This document shows positions 31,419 through 48,205 of a stretch of DNA of 64,000 bases, piece after piece. The first letter of the stretch is position 1; each line of letters opens with the position of its first letter. This DNA comes from the human T2T-CHM13v2.0 reference genome, Homo sapiens: the NCBI RefSeq assembly GCF_009914755.1, contig NC_060932.1. The stretch is one strand, 5' to 3'. The position numbers and the translations under genes are program-made. The notes below the pieces were generated by a model that did not search any database, was not told the DNA's origin, and saw only the letters and a list, made by a program, of their open reading frames with translations.

Positions 31419-32192
31419 TGAACTATCACACTTGGCCAGCAAGGCGTTCAGTTTTAATGGAGTCTGCCAAGCCCTGGGCTTGGAGGTTCTGGATGGAAAC
31501 ATCCAAGAGTGGTGTCTTGAGGTTTTGAGGAGTGTTGCCCCATACTGCTGGCCAGAGGGTGAGAAATTTAGAGGATGGAAGTACCCCAGAGGGAAGTGAA
31601 TACCCCGGAGGGGAGTGAGTACCCCGATTCCTCCTGGGAGAAGGGACCTAGGAGAGCCAGGGCGTCCCTACAGCTCTTTGCAGACCCCCAGAGGCTGCAG
31701 TGGCCAAAGTGGTGAGCATTCTGACGGCGTCCCCTGAGAGGGTAGGCCACGGTCACCTGGTGACCAGGGAGACCTCTCACCTGGTACTGGAATTTTCTGG
31801 TGAACCCCCAGAAATATGAGAGGAATCTGGAGAGGAAAAAAAGAGAGACTCACCCACTAATTGGAGACGGGTGTTGGATGTGATGTCCAGCAATGGGATT
31901 GATACTTGCTGGAGCTGCCTGGAAAGGGGAAGGAAGGAAAAAGAGGATGGAGAGTTTGATCAGGATCTGGAAGTCAGCCCAGGACCAGAGAAGAAGAGAG
32001 AATAAAGGAACGGAGCTGGGAATAGGGAGTCCATTCAGGATCTGGAAGCAGGCCTGGGTCTGGTTTTTGCTGCTTGCTGCTTTCCAGGTTGCTAGAAAAC
32101 ATTTACCCATTTAGAACCCAATTCCTATCCTGGGTTTTGGCACTAAAATGTTAGGTTTTGAAGGGAGGGCAAGGGCTAAAGAAACACACACA

Positions 32193-32223
<31 letters not shown>

Positions 32224-33072
32224 GAGAGAGAGGGGGGAGACAGACAGAGAGAGAGAGAGAGATTGTTGCTCAACAGCAACAACACAGGTATATTGCAAAA
32301 ACCTGTGGAGATGGGGGACGAGCTTAACTCCAGAGCCCATAGCTGCTTATAGGCTGGGGAAATTTATAGGTGTGATGGTTAATACTGGAGAAATGTGAAA
32401 AGGCCAGACTGGCCTACCCTCCCAGCCTACATCTTTCTCCCATGCCGGATGCTTCCTGCCCTCCAACATCTGACTCCAAGTTCTTCAGTTTTGAGACTTG
32501 GACTGGCTCTCCTTGCTCCTGAAGCTTGCAGACAGCCTATAGTGGGACCTCGTGATTGTGTAATTTAATACTTCCCTTTTTATATATATTCCATTAGTTC
32601 TATCCCTCTAGAGAACTCTGACTAATACAGATTTTTGTACCAGGAGTGGTTCTGGAGGAAGAGGATATTAAGGATGGAGTTCTGTCATTGGTTTTGGGGT
32701 TTCTGGATTTGGCTGGTTAATATGATTAGACCCCAAAATGTTAAGGACTCTACTTCTAATAGTATGGAGAACACTGATAGTCCTTGGCATAAACTGTTTA
32801 GAGAGTTATGCAAAATAAATGCATTTGACACTCCTGATTCACCATTCATGAGAGGCAAGGAGTTTAGTGACCCTATACATAATATCTTTGACTATATGTG
32901 GAGAACCAAGGAACATGATGAAGCTGGTTGGTTGCTCCTAAGTTCAGTGGACAAAGTGATGAAAGAAAATGATGGCTGGGCTGGGCACAGTGGCTCACGT
33001 CTGTAATCCCAGCACTTTGGGAGGCTGAGGTGGGAGGATCATGAGGTCAGGAGATCAAGACCATCCTGGCTA

Positions 33073-34343
<1,271 letters not shown>

Positions 34344-34845
34344 GGTAGGCCAAGGTGGGTGGATCACCTGAGGTCAGGTAATTAATGGAGTTTTAGCTCA
34401 GGTCCAACTTACAGCGGGTCCAGTGGGTCCCCAGACTCATCCTGTGGTCATTTTCCAAGTGCCAGGATGCATAATTGGCATAGACATACTTAGCAGCTGG
34501 CAGAACCCCCACATTGGCTCCTTGACTGGTAAAGGCTATTATGGTTGGAAACGCCAAATGGAAGCCATTAGAGCTGGCTGTACCTAGAAAAGTAGTAAAT
34601 CAAAAACAATATTGAATCCCTGGAGGGAACGTGGAGATTAGTGCTACTATCAAGGACTTGAAGGACACAGGGGTGGTGATTCCCACCATCTCCCTGTTCA
34701 ACTCTCCCATTTGGCCTGTGCAGAAGACAGATGGATCTTGGAGGATGACAGTGGATTATGATGAGCTTAACTAAGTAGTGACTCCAATTGCAGCTGCCGT
34801 ACCAGATGTGGTTTCATTGCTGGAGCAAATCAACACATCTCCTGG

Positions 34846-37605
34846 TGTTGGGAACAGGCCCCCCAAAATCTGGCCATAAACTGGCCCCAAAACTGGCCAT
34901 AAACAAAATCTCTGTAGCACTGTGACATTTTCATGATGGCCATAACGCCCACGCTGGAAGGTTGCAGGTTTACAGGAATGAGGGCAAGGAATACCTGGCC
35001 CACCCAGGGCGGAAAACCGCTTAAAGGCATTCTTAAACCACAAACAATAGCATGAGCGATCTGTGCCTTAAGGACATGCTCCTGCTGCAGTTAACTAGCC
35101 CAACCTATTCCTTTAACTTGGCCCATCCCTTCATTTCTCATAAGGGATACTTTTAGTTAATTTAATAACTATAGAAACAATGCTAATGACTGGCTTGCTG
35201 TTAATAAATACATGGGTAAATCTCCGGTTGGGGCTCTCAGCTCTGAAGGCTGTGAGACCCCTGATTTTCCACCTCACACCTCTATATTTCTGTGTGTATG
35301 TCTTTAATTCCTCTAGTGCTGCTGGGTTAGGGTCTCCCTGACTGAACTGGTCTCGGCAAGTGGCGTCCATTGTGGGGGCTCGAATCCAGGTTGAAGGGTC
35401 ACTGGAGCAACGGAGAATGTGGAACTAAGCTGGAGGACACCCAAGTACTCTTAAAGCCATCCCTGTGGTGAGTAAGGGGAGCTCAGAAGCATCAGGGTAA
35501 CAGTGGGACAAATGTGGGGTCTGGTGCGTTCTCCCTTGGAACTTTTTCACACTGATGATGAGGAGGAAGGAGAGTAAAACGAAGTAACAGAAGAGGTTAC
35601 AGAGCAGGTTTATTTGCCAATTTGCCAGCTAAAGCTCAAGCGGCAAAGGAGGGAGAGGTTCATCCCTACCCTTCTGCACCCCCTCCTTATTATTTTGAAG
35701 AAAAAGACCCTCCAGATCTTTCTTTTCCAGAGGACATTGGGTGAAAAGTAGTTGCCCCAGTGACTGAGCAATGCCTTGAGCAACTGCTCTTAGTTCTATT
35801 CAGGCAGGAATTCAGCAAGCTAGATGAGAGGGCGATTTAGAGGCTTGGCAATTCCCTGTTAGAATACACCCCCCAGATCAACAGGGAAATATTATAGTTA
35901 CATTTGAGCCTTTTCCTTTTAAATTATTTAAAGAATTTAAACAAGCTGTTAATCAGTATGGACCAGGTTCTCCTTTTGTAATGGGACTGTTAAAGAATGT
36001 TGCTGTTTCCAGTTGGATGATTCCTACTGACTGGGATGCTCTTACTCGAGCTTGTCTAACTCCTGCTCAGTTCTTACAATTTAAAACTTGGTGGGCAGAT
36101 GAAGCTTCCATTCAGGCTGCTCGCAATGCCCAGGCCCAAATTAATATAACTGAAGACTAACTTTTGGGGGTTGGCGGCTGGGCTGGTTTAGATGCACAAG
36201 TGGTCATGCAGGATGATGCCATAGAACAACTTAGAGGAGTGTGCATTAGAGCTTGGGAAAAAAATCACTTCATGTGGAGAACAATACCCTTCCTTTAGTG
36301 CAGTAAAACAGGGACCAAAAAAACCATACATGGATTTTATAGCTCGGTTACAGGAGTCTCTTAAAAAGGTAACTGCAGATTCGACTGCTCAGGATATAGT
36401 GTTGCACTTATTAGCTTTCAACAATGCTAATCCCGACTGCCTGGCAGCTCTGCGACCTATCAGAGGGAAAGCACATTTAGTTGATTATACCAAGGCCTGT
36501 GATGGTATTGGAATTAATCTGCATAAGGCTACTCTGCTAGCACAGGCAATGGCAGGACTAAGAGTGGATAAAGGAAATATTCTATTTCCTGGAGCTTGTT
36601 TTAACTGTGGGAAGCATGGTCATACTAAAAAAGAATGTAGAAAAAATCAGCGAGTTATGCTGCCAGATAGGGGAAAAGAGAAAACTGTTGAGCCTGAAAT
36701 ATGTCCAAAATGTAAAAAAGGAAAACACTGGGCTAGTAAGTGTCACTCTAAGTTTGATAAAGATGGTAACCCGATTTCGGGAAACGCCATGAGGGGCCCA
36801 TCCCAGGCCCCATTCTAAACCGGGGCATTTCCAGCTCAGGCCATTCCCTCACCCCTGTACAATGTCTGTCCTCTGCCACAGCCAGTAGTGCCACAGTTGA
36901 TTTATGCTGCACAAAAGCTGTGAGCCTTCTGCCTGGGGAACCCCCACAAAAGGTCCCAACAGGAGTCTGTGGACCCTTGCCAGCAGGGATGATAGGATTA
37001 CTTCTAGGCAGGTCTAGCTTAAATTTAAAAGGGGTACAAATACATACAGGAGTCATTGATTCAGATTACAATGGGGAAATTCAAATTGTTATATCTACTT
37101 CTGTTCCCTGGAAAGCAGAGCCAGGAGAGTGCATAGCACAGCTCCTGATTGTGCCATATGTGGGAATGGGAAAAAGTGAAGTTACATGAACAGGAGGATT
37201 TGGAAGCACAAATAAACAAGGCAAAGCAGCTTATCGGGTAAAGCAAGTTACTGATAAACGTCCTACCTGTGAAATAACTATTCAGGGAAAGAAATTTAAA
37301 GGTTTGGTAGATACAGGAGTGGACATTTCAATCATTTCTGTACAGCAGTGGCCGTCCACGTGGCCAATTCAACCCACCCAATTTAACATAGTTGGAATTG
37401 GTAAAGCCCCTGAAGTATATCAAAGTAGTTATATTTTGCATTGTGTAGGGCCTGATGGACAACCTGGTACTATCCAACCAGTTATAACTTCTGTACCTAT
37501 AAATTTATGGGGGAGAGATTTATTACAACAATGGGGAGCACAAGTTCTAATTCCAGAACAATTATATAGCCCTCAAAGTCAACATATGATGCATAAAATA
37601 GGGGA
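34846..37605 (+). mobile_element. HERV-K(HML-3)/HERVK9 5' half: MER9 LTR (34846-35358), Lys PBS, gag, dUTPase and protease; 3' part lost
   Basis: MER9 start TGTTGGGAACAGGCCCC. PBS tggcgtccattgtggggg. ORF 36330..36818 with two CCHC knuckles; GGGAAAC slippery site at ~36780; dUTPase motifs GRSS and GVIDSDYNGEI (36920..37189); protease VDTG (37304..37684). Confidence 0.9.
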
Positions 37606-37775
37606 TGTAATTGTCATGAGTATTTTTCCTTCTTTTGTTAAAAACATGTTTGTGTTGGCCAGGCGCGGTGGCTCATGCCTGTAATCCCAGCACTTTGGGA
37701 GGCCGAGACGGACGGATCACGAGGTCAGGAGATCGAGACCATCCTGGCTAACACGGTGAAATCTCATCTCTACTA

Positions 37776-37928
<153 letters not shown>

Positions 37929-38792
37929 CTATGTCTCGGGAAAAAAAAAAAAGTTTGTGCATGTAAACACTTGTACTAAGAATATCTTCATTTTATTTCA
38001 TTTTCCTTTATCACGTGACATAAGATTTATTGACTTCATATCAGCATTTAAGTATTGTTAACTTTATGTAATAGCATTTGGGTTGGGGATTGGTTTGTTT
38101 CCAGTTGTACAAAAGATAGTTGTATTATGTTAGGTATAATTATGACCTTATTAGTGTCTTTATTTGAAGATTATGTATGATCTCAGGAGATGTGTATGGG
38201 TTCAAGTTGACAAGGGGTGGACTTGTGATGGTTAATACTGAGTGTCAACTTGATTGGATTGACAAATGCAAAGTATTAATCCTGGGTGTGTATGCGAGGG
38301 TGTTGCCAAAGGATATCAACATCCGAGTCAGTGGGCTGGGGAAGGCAGACCCACCCTTAATCTGGTGGGCACCATCTAATCAGCTGCCAGTGAATACAAA
38401 GCAGGCAGAAAAACGTGAAAAGGAGACTGGCCTGGCCTCCCAGCCTACATCTTTCTTCCATGCTGGACGCTTCCTGCCCTAGAACATCGGACTTCCAAGT
38501 TCTTCCATATATATATATATATATATATATATATTTCTATTAGTTCTGTGCCTCTAGAGAAGCTTAATACACACTACTACCACCCAAAAGTTTCCCCCAC
38601 TCCAGGGCAAGTCCAACTCCTAGACAAGAAATTCCCAGCTTCTATCACCAGGTCCTCTGTACACTGAGTGGCCGTTGGTGGCCAGAGATTTCCCAGCCTG
38701 TTTTCTGGGAATGCCCCCTCTCTCTCAGGGATGCCTCAGGGCTGCCTGGCACATGCCAAGCCCAGTGTGCTGTCATCTTTCTCCAGAGAAGG

Positions 38793-40393
38793 TGAGAGGT
38801 GACAGCATGCTGGCAGCCCTTGCTTGCTCTCGGTGCCTCCTTGGCCTTGGCGTCCACTCTGGCTGTGCTTGAGGAGCCCTTCAGCCTGCCGCTGCACTGT
38901 GGAAGCCCCTTTCTGAGCTGGCCAAGGCTGGAGCCGGCTCCCTCAGCTTGCAGGGAGGTGTGGAGGGAGAGGTGTGGGTGGGAACCAGGGCTGCGCACGG
39001 TGCTTGTGGGCCAGCGTGAGTTCCGGGTGGGCATGGGCTCAGCAGGCCCCGCGCTCGGAGCTGCTGGCCGGCCTGCAAGCCCTGGGCAGTGAGGGGCTTA
39101 GCACCTGGGCCAGCAGCTGCTGTGCTCGACTTCTCACTGGCTTAGCTGCCTCCCCATGGGGCAGGGCTTGGGACCTGCAGCCTGCCATTCCTGAGGCTCC
39201 CCCTGCCCGCCGTGGGCTCCTGCGTGGCCTGAGCCTCCCTGACAAGCACCGTTCCCTGCTCCACAGCGCCCAGTCCCATTGACCACCCAAGGGCTGAGGA
39301 GTGCGGGCGCACAGCACAGGACTGGCAGGCAGCTCCACCTGTGGCCCTGGTGTGGGATCCACTGGGTGAAGCCAGCTGGGCTCCTAAGTCTAGTGGGGAC
39401 TTGGAGAACCTTTATGTCTAGCTAAGGGATTGTAAACACACCAATCAGCACTCTGTGTCTAGCTCAGGGTTTGTGAATGCACCATTCGTCACTCTGTATC
39501 TAGTTAATCTGGTGGGGACTTGGAGAATCTTTATGTCTAGCTAAGGGATTGTAAATACACCAATCAGCACTCTGTATCTAGCTCAAGGTTTGTAAACACA
39601 CCTGTCAGCACCCTGTGTCTAGCTCAGGGTTTGTGAATGCGCCAATCGGCACTCTGTATCTAGTTACTCTGTTGGGGACTTGGAGAACCTTTATGTCTAG
39701 CTAAAGGATTGTAAATACACAAATCAGCACTCTGTATCTAGCTCAAGGTTTGTAAATGCACCAATCAGCACTCTGTATCTAGCTAATCCAGTGGGGACAT
39801 GGAGAACTTTTGTGTCTAGCTCAGGGATTGTAAATGCACCAATCAGCACCCTGTCAAAATGGACCAATCAGCTCTCTGTAAAACAGACCAATTGGCTCTC
39901 TGTAAAATGGACCAATCAAGCAGGATGTGGGTGGGGCCAGATAAGAGAATAAAAGCAGGCTGCCCGAGCCAGCAGTGGCAACCCGCTCGGGTCACCTTCC
40001 ACACTGTGGAAGCTTTGTTCTTTTGCTCTTTGCAATAAATCTAGCTACTGCTCACTCTTTGGGTCCACACTGCTTTTACGAGCTGTAACACTCACCGCGA
40101 AGGTCTGCAGCTTCACTCCTGAAGCCATCGAGACCATGAACCCACCGGGAGGAATGAACAACTCCAGACGCACCACCTTAAGAGCTGTAACACTGACCGC
40201 GAAGGTCTGCAGCTTCACTCCTGAGCCAGTGAGACCACGAACCCACCAGAAGGAAGAAACTCTGAACACGTCCGAACATCAGAACGAACAAACTCCAGAC
40301 ACACTGCCTTTAAGAACTGTAACACTCACCACGAGGGTCCGCAGCTTCATTCTTGACGTCAGTGAGACCAAGAACCCACCAATTCCGGACACA
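38793..40393 (+). mobile_element. Solo LTR12 (ERV9; LTR12C-like), 1.6 kb
   Basis: TGAGAGGTGACAGC...AATTCCGGACACA with 4-bp TSD aagg. Tandem U3 repeats with CCAAT boxes (39400-39920), TATA-like AATAAAA at ~39948, poly(A) signal at 40034 and U5 repeats. Confidence 0.93.
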
Positions 40394-40763
40394 AAGGGAT
40401 GAGTCATACCACTGTCTCCTCACACCGGACATGGGATAGCCACAGCAGAAGCCACTTTATGGCCCAGAGAAATTCCAGGGAAAAAGGATTGTATTAATTG
40501 ATAACATCATCAGCAATGCATGAAAGCACACATCTCCTCATACCTGGTCATTACAGGATAATCTTTACTAACTGATTAGTGGGTAGCATGTTGTTATTTG
40601 TTTTGGGATTGGTACACTTGAGCCTTTTCCAAGCTTCCATGGTTGTATATTCTCTTATTTGGAGTGGTCTGTTCATGTCCTATGGTCACTGATTTGTAGG
40701 AGATCTTTATGCCAAAGTTACTGATCTTTCTTCACTGCAAATACTTGTTCCAGTCATTACTTT

Positions 40764-40769
40764 TTTATT
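40764..40769 (-). terminator. ZNF250: Candidate distal ZNF250 polyadenylation signal (proximal candidates at 44955-44960 and 44974-44979)
   Basis: tttatt on the plus strand. Implies a ~4.5 kb 3'UTR, consistent with my recollection of the gene extent (not verified). Confidence 0.55.
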
Positions 40770-41899
40770 GGAAAGCGTCAGATTATACACAGAAATTCCA
40801 GGCAGACTAAAATGTTTTCCAAAATAATAGAAAATTTGAAGAGAACCAAGTTTCAAATTCTTAATAGCTGTTAGAAGAAACAATTTTAAAAGAAATATAT
40901 ACGTATTTTTTGTGACAAGGTCTCTCTCTGTTGTCCAGGCTAGATAGTATGATCACAGCACACTAGTCTTGAACTCCCAATCAATCCTCCCACCTTAGCC
41001 TCCCACGTATCTGGGACTACAGGCGCAAGCCACAACACCCAGCTAATTTTTTTTTTGTAGAGACGGGTTTTCGCCATGCTGGTCTCAAAGTCCTGGGCTC
41101 AAGCGATCCACCCACTTCAGCCTCCCAAAGTGCTGGGATTACAGGTGTGAGCCATTGCACCCAGCCAAAGAGAAGTATTTAAATACCTAAAATATACAGA
41201 CTTCTGAATAAAACAAATCCAAAATAAAGGTGGAATGCTGCTGACAAATCAGGCAGAAGATAATGGTTGAGAAGACTGTTATCAGCATGAAAATTCAGGG
41301 CCCTGGCCTTTGATGTTCTATCCCAAAAAGGTAGATAGCCCACATGTTCCAGTAGGTCATGTGCCACCTCTTTCTCCTTGGAGAGGAGGAGGTGAGTGGC
41401 AAGAAAATGTAGCCTGGGAATCCTCCTCAGAAAGAAGGGCATTGAAGCCCACTTCCTGGCTCCGTGGACACCTGAGCCTGCATTCTCACCAGTGGATCAA
41501 TGGCAGCCTGACATAGCAAGAACAGGCAGAATGATATTAAGCTCATTTTAAGAATGCAGGAAAAAAACTATACTTTTTGGAAGGATTTCCCTGAAAACCC
41601 TAGGTTATTGGAATCCAGAATAACTTGTACTGTGTAACTTACGTTGTCCTGTGATACACAGTCTTTCTAAACAAATGTTCCTGTATATTGAATTTAATTA
41701 TTCTCATCTTAATTGGAATATGACTTTGTCTTTAATGATTAGAAATTGGGGCCTGAATAGTAGTGGGCACTGAGCAGCTGCCACTGAGTCACATGCCAGC
41801 TGTGGACTCAGCTAACACAGGTTGGCAGCTTCCTTTCATAGAAGATTTAAGATAGCACCACAGTGTTCTCATTTTCTCTCAATTAATATTGAGGTGACC

Positions 41900-43125
41900 T
41901 CAGGTTTCTGGACTTTCATCTCAGTGATCTCATCTAGGTACCTGGGTGATCTCTTGGCTCTGAAGTAACACCTCAGTAATCTCAGTTCCTCTTTGGACTG
42001 TTACCTCAGTGATCTCAGCTCCATTCTGAAGTAACTTCTCAGTGATCATAGCTTTTCCCTAAAGTAACCTCTTTCTAAAGCATCACCCCTAGTGATCTCA
42101 ACCTTTCTCTGAAGAATCACCTTAGTGATTTCAGCCACCTCTGAAGTTAACACCTGTGTGATCTCAACTCCAGTGAACAACTCAGTTATTTCATCTCCTT
42201 TCTAAAGTTAACAGCTTAGTGATCTCATTTCCTTTCTGAAGAATCACATCAGCAGTCTCAGCCTCTCTTAAGTAACATCTCTGTGATCTCAGCTTCTAAC
42301 ACCTGAGGGACACCATCTTGGTCCTGAATAATACCTCAGTAACCTCAGCTCCTCCCTTAAGTAACATCTCATTGGTATCAGCTTTTCTCTGAAGCAGAAC
42401 CTCAGTGATCTCAGCTCCTAAGTAACATCTCAGCATTCTCATCTTTCCGATGGTACAATATAGTGATTTCACTTCCTTTATGAAATAGCACTCAGTGACC
42501 TCCATTCTTCTAGAGTTTCACATTAGTGATTTCAACTTCTCTGAAGAAACACCTCTGTGATCTCAGCTTCTCTGAAGAATTACCTCAATGATCTAATCTC
42601 TAAAGTAATACCTTAGTGATCCCATTTCCGTTATTTCAGCTCCTCTGAAGTAAACCTCAGTGGTCAGAGCTACTCTGCGGTACCCACTAGTGATGTCAAT
42701 TCCTTTCAGAAGTAACACCCAGTGATCTCACCTCCTCTCTGATGAAACACCTCAGTGTACTCAGATCCTCTGAAGTAACAAAAATTGTCTCACTTTCTTT
42801 CTGAAGTGACGCCTCAGTGATCTCAGCTCTTCTCCAAAGAAACAGTTAAGCTCTTGTCTTCTCTGAACTAACACCTTAGTTATTTTATCTATCTGAAACA
42901 ACACCTCACAGAATGGCAACACCTCTAAGGTTAACACCTTGGTTATCTGAGCTATCTGAGGTTTCACTTCAGTGATCTCAGTCCCTCTGAAGTAACACCT
43001 CAGTAATATTAGTTCCTCTGGAATTTCACTTCAGTGGTTTCAGTTGCTCTGAAGTAAAACACCAGTGATGTCAGCTCCTTTCTCAAGTTAACCAATCAGT
43101 TACCAGTTCCTCTCTGGAGTTAATA
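41900..43125. repeat. Degenerate ~31-35-bp tandem repeat array (~30-35 units), consensus CTCTGAAGTAACACCTCAGTGATCTCAGCTCCT
   Basis: CTGAAGTAACACCTCAG recurs (41960, 42987; variants at 42801 and 42600), and AGTGATCTCA appears about every 33 bp. Confidence 0.85.
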
Positions 43126-43539
43126 ATTCACTGTTGTCAGTGTCTGTACATAGAAGGGGGAACAAGCTTTTGTCTACATCGTGGTGTTTTGCTGTGGACT
43201 TAAGGATCAATGCCTGGATGGGCACAGCAGCTCATGCCTGTAATCCTAACCTTTTGGGAAGGTGAGGTGGGAGGACTGCTTCAGCCCAGGAGTTTGAGGC
43301 AGCGGTGAGCCATGATGGCACCACTGCACTCCAACCTGGTGACAGAGCAAGACCGTCTTTAAAACAAACAAAAAGGATCAATATCCTGGTGACTATTTCC
43401 TCCCCACCAAACTGACAGATGTTGGGGGCGGGGGCCTGGGGTGAAGACAGCCCTTCTCTATCTCAGGCACTTAACATGTTGAGAATTTCAAGTGGCTTGA
43501 ACCTCATACATTTGTTTCGTTTGCAGCTGGCTGCTACTA

Positions 43540-43857
<318 letters not shown>

Positions 43858-45304
43858 TCAAAAAAAAAAAAAGTATGCTTAAAACAGAACAAATAATTCT
43901 GAATACAAATTTTTAATTATGAATAAACTAGATTCATCTTCATCATAGTAATATGGCAATGGATACTGGACTCTTGAACCAGGAGTAAAAAAATGAAAAA
44001 AAAAACCCCTTCAAATATAGGAATAGAAATACTAGAGATAGTAAAAAAGAGCTATCTGAATTTGAGAAATGTATGTTTTAAATATATCTACCAAAGAACA
44101 GTATTTTCAGCATTGTTTTGGGGGAAATACCATAAGATGTAAAGAGGTACCCACTTGGTGTAACAGCTATGAGGTCTGCTGAGTGTGAAGCTCCCCTCCT
44201 TTGCCTGCATGGGAATTGAGACATCTCACGGTTTCTGGGGCACAGGATCTGCAGGTCATAAGGGCAAGTTTTGAGGAAAATACCCATTTTTGAGTTGAAT
44301 TTTTACTAAAAAGTTAGCATATCCTTTCTGATCTTGAATAAAGTTAAAAGCTCCAGATAAAGGGTTTTCTAGGCCAGGCATGGTGCCTCACGCCTGTAAT
44401 CCCAACACTTTCGGAAGCAAAGGTGGGAGGATCACTTGAGGCCAGGAGTTCGAGACCAGCCTGGCCAACACGGTGAAACTCCGTCTCTACTAAAAATACA
44501 AAAATTAGCCAGGTGTGGTGGCGCATATCTATAATCCTAGTTACTTGGGAGACTGAGGCACAAGAAAAGCTTGAACCTGGGGTGGGGGCGGAGACTGCAG
44601 TGAGCCAAGATCATGCCACTGCACTGCAGCTTGGGCAACAGAGCAAGACTATCTCCACACACACATACAAAAAGTTTTTTAAATTTATGTAATTTCTCAC
44701 TAATATATAAGCTTTTTCCTTGTTTCATACAAAACAGGACTCCACACACTTAGGATGGAAATCCACACACTTAGGATTTCCAACCATTTTACATGATGCT
44801 TGATGAAAATATCTTTTTATATCACTTTATCCATACAATACTTTAGTCTTTTAAGAGAATACTGAAAATAGTCCGACTTTCAAATTTTAAGTGCAATAAT
44901 TAGTATGGTTAATTGATATTTAGGAAGGGCATGTAATGTTCTTAGAAAAAGAACTTTATTTGGAATGTAAGATTTTATTGGGATAATGGTTCTTATGCCT
45001 TAAATTCCCTTAGTTCAAATAAACTAATGTTAAAGAATTATGGCTGTTTTTTACCAAAATTCTCTACAATTGTATGATTACTCTCCAACATAACTTCAAG
45101 ATGTTGAGGAAAATAAAACAGGTAGTCTCTGAAGTTTTTCCACAGGAACAGCACGCTAAGTGCTTCTTTCTGGAGTTATTTTGTGACACTGAATCGCCAA
45201 AGAAAAGCTTCCTATAGAGTTAACAGAGACTTCTCTTGGGCTGAAGGCTGCTTGTGGTTCCACATGCAGTTTCTGTGAGAATGGATTCTTGTGTCAGCCA
45301 TGGG

Positions 45305-46654
<1,350 letters not shown>

Positions 46655-47093
46655 TTAACACTACTCAAAACTGAAGAGCTAGTGCAACCCTGAAACTGGC
46701 CTTGCTGATGAAGGTGCAAAATCCCTCAATGCACACGTTGGTGTGAGCTACAGAAGAACAGAACCACCATAACTGTGTCAAACAACTAGATATCAGAAGA
46801 TAATGTTTCCAGACAGGAAGGTGCCAAGGCAAGCTTTAAGAGAAAGGTGTAAACTCCAGTTTGAGGTCACACCCCTGTGTGGAGTCCACAGAACAGCAGG
46901 GAAACAGCCCAGTGGTGCCTGAGTCCTGCCCTCCCAGGGGTCCTCATGTGGACAGAGCTGAAATACAGGCCCACATAATGTGGGTGCCTTGTGGGGCAGA
47001 CAGCAGCACTTGGGCAGGCAGGGAGAGGTGTGAGCTATTGTGAGCAAGTCGGGGTGTGCCATCTGGAGGCCAACAGACTTGTACATGAGGTAG

Positions 47094-47348
<255 letters not shown>

Positions 47349-48016
47349 TGAACTCTTGACTTCAAGTGATTCACCCACCTCGGCCTCCCAAAGTGCTGGG
47401 ATTACAGGCGTGAACCATCGGACCTGGCCATGTGGAAGATAATTTCATGTGGAGAATGCAGTGGCAGGAGGAGGGGAGGGAAGGACAAGACTGAAGGTGC
47501 AGAGGGGCATGATGGGAATCTGCTGCCAAGTTTAGGCCACAGATGAGGCCTTCAGGAGCAGAAGCATAGATGGCGGGAAAGGCAGGGGTGGAGACTCTTC
47601 TGGGAGCAGGTCGAGCGCTCTGCAGGCTGATTGTGTGTGAGTGGGTGGGAGGTAAGAGGTGCTGAGGACAACAGTGATTTTTTTTTTAGATGGAGTCTCT
47701 GTCACCCAAGCTGGAGTACAGTGGCTACTATCATAGCCCACTGCAGCCTCAAGCTGCTTGGGGCTCATATGATCCTCCCGCCTTTGCCTCCCAAAGTGCT
47801 GGGAGTACAGGCATGAGCCATTGTGCCTGGCTCTAAACATTATTATATTTTATTTTACTTAGTTATGCGTGTTTCTGAGCTTTCTATAGTTTCATGGAGC
47901 ACAGTCTTCTGGAACTCGTTTTCCCGTCAGCATTATGTTTTTGAGATCCATCATGTTGTTGTACAGCAGTTAATCATTTTCACTGCAGTATATTCCATTA
48001 AGTTAAAATACCATAG

Positions 48017-48205
<189 letters not shown>

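Noticed and set aside
36330-37684. Functional HERV-K gag/dUTPase/protease
   Set aside because: Upstream gag has stops and frameshifts, pro is interrupted by a stop at 37187-37189, and pol/env are missing.
42296-42967. Minus-strand ORFs with repeated AEITEVLLQR-like peptides
   Set aside because: These are translations of the 33-bp array. Unit lengths vary out of frame and stops are frequent, so it is not a coding repeat or a decayed zinc-finger array (which would have 84-bp periodicity).
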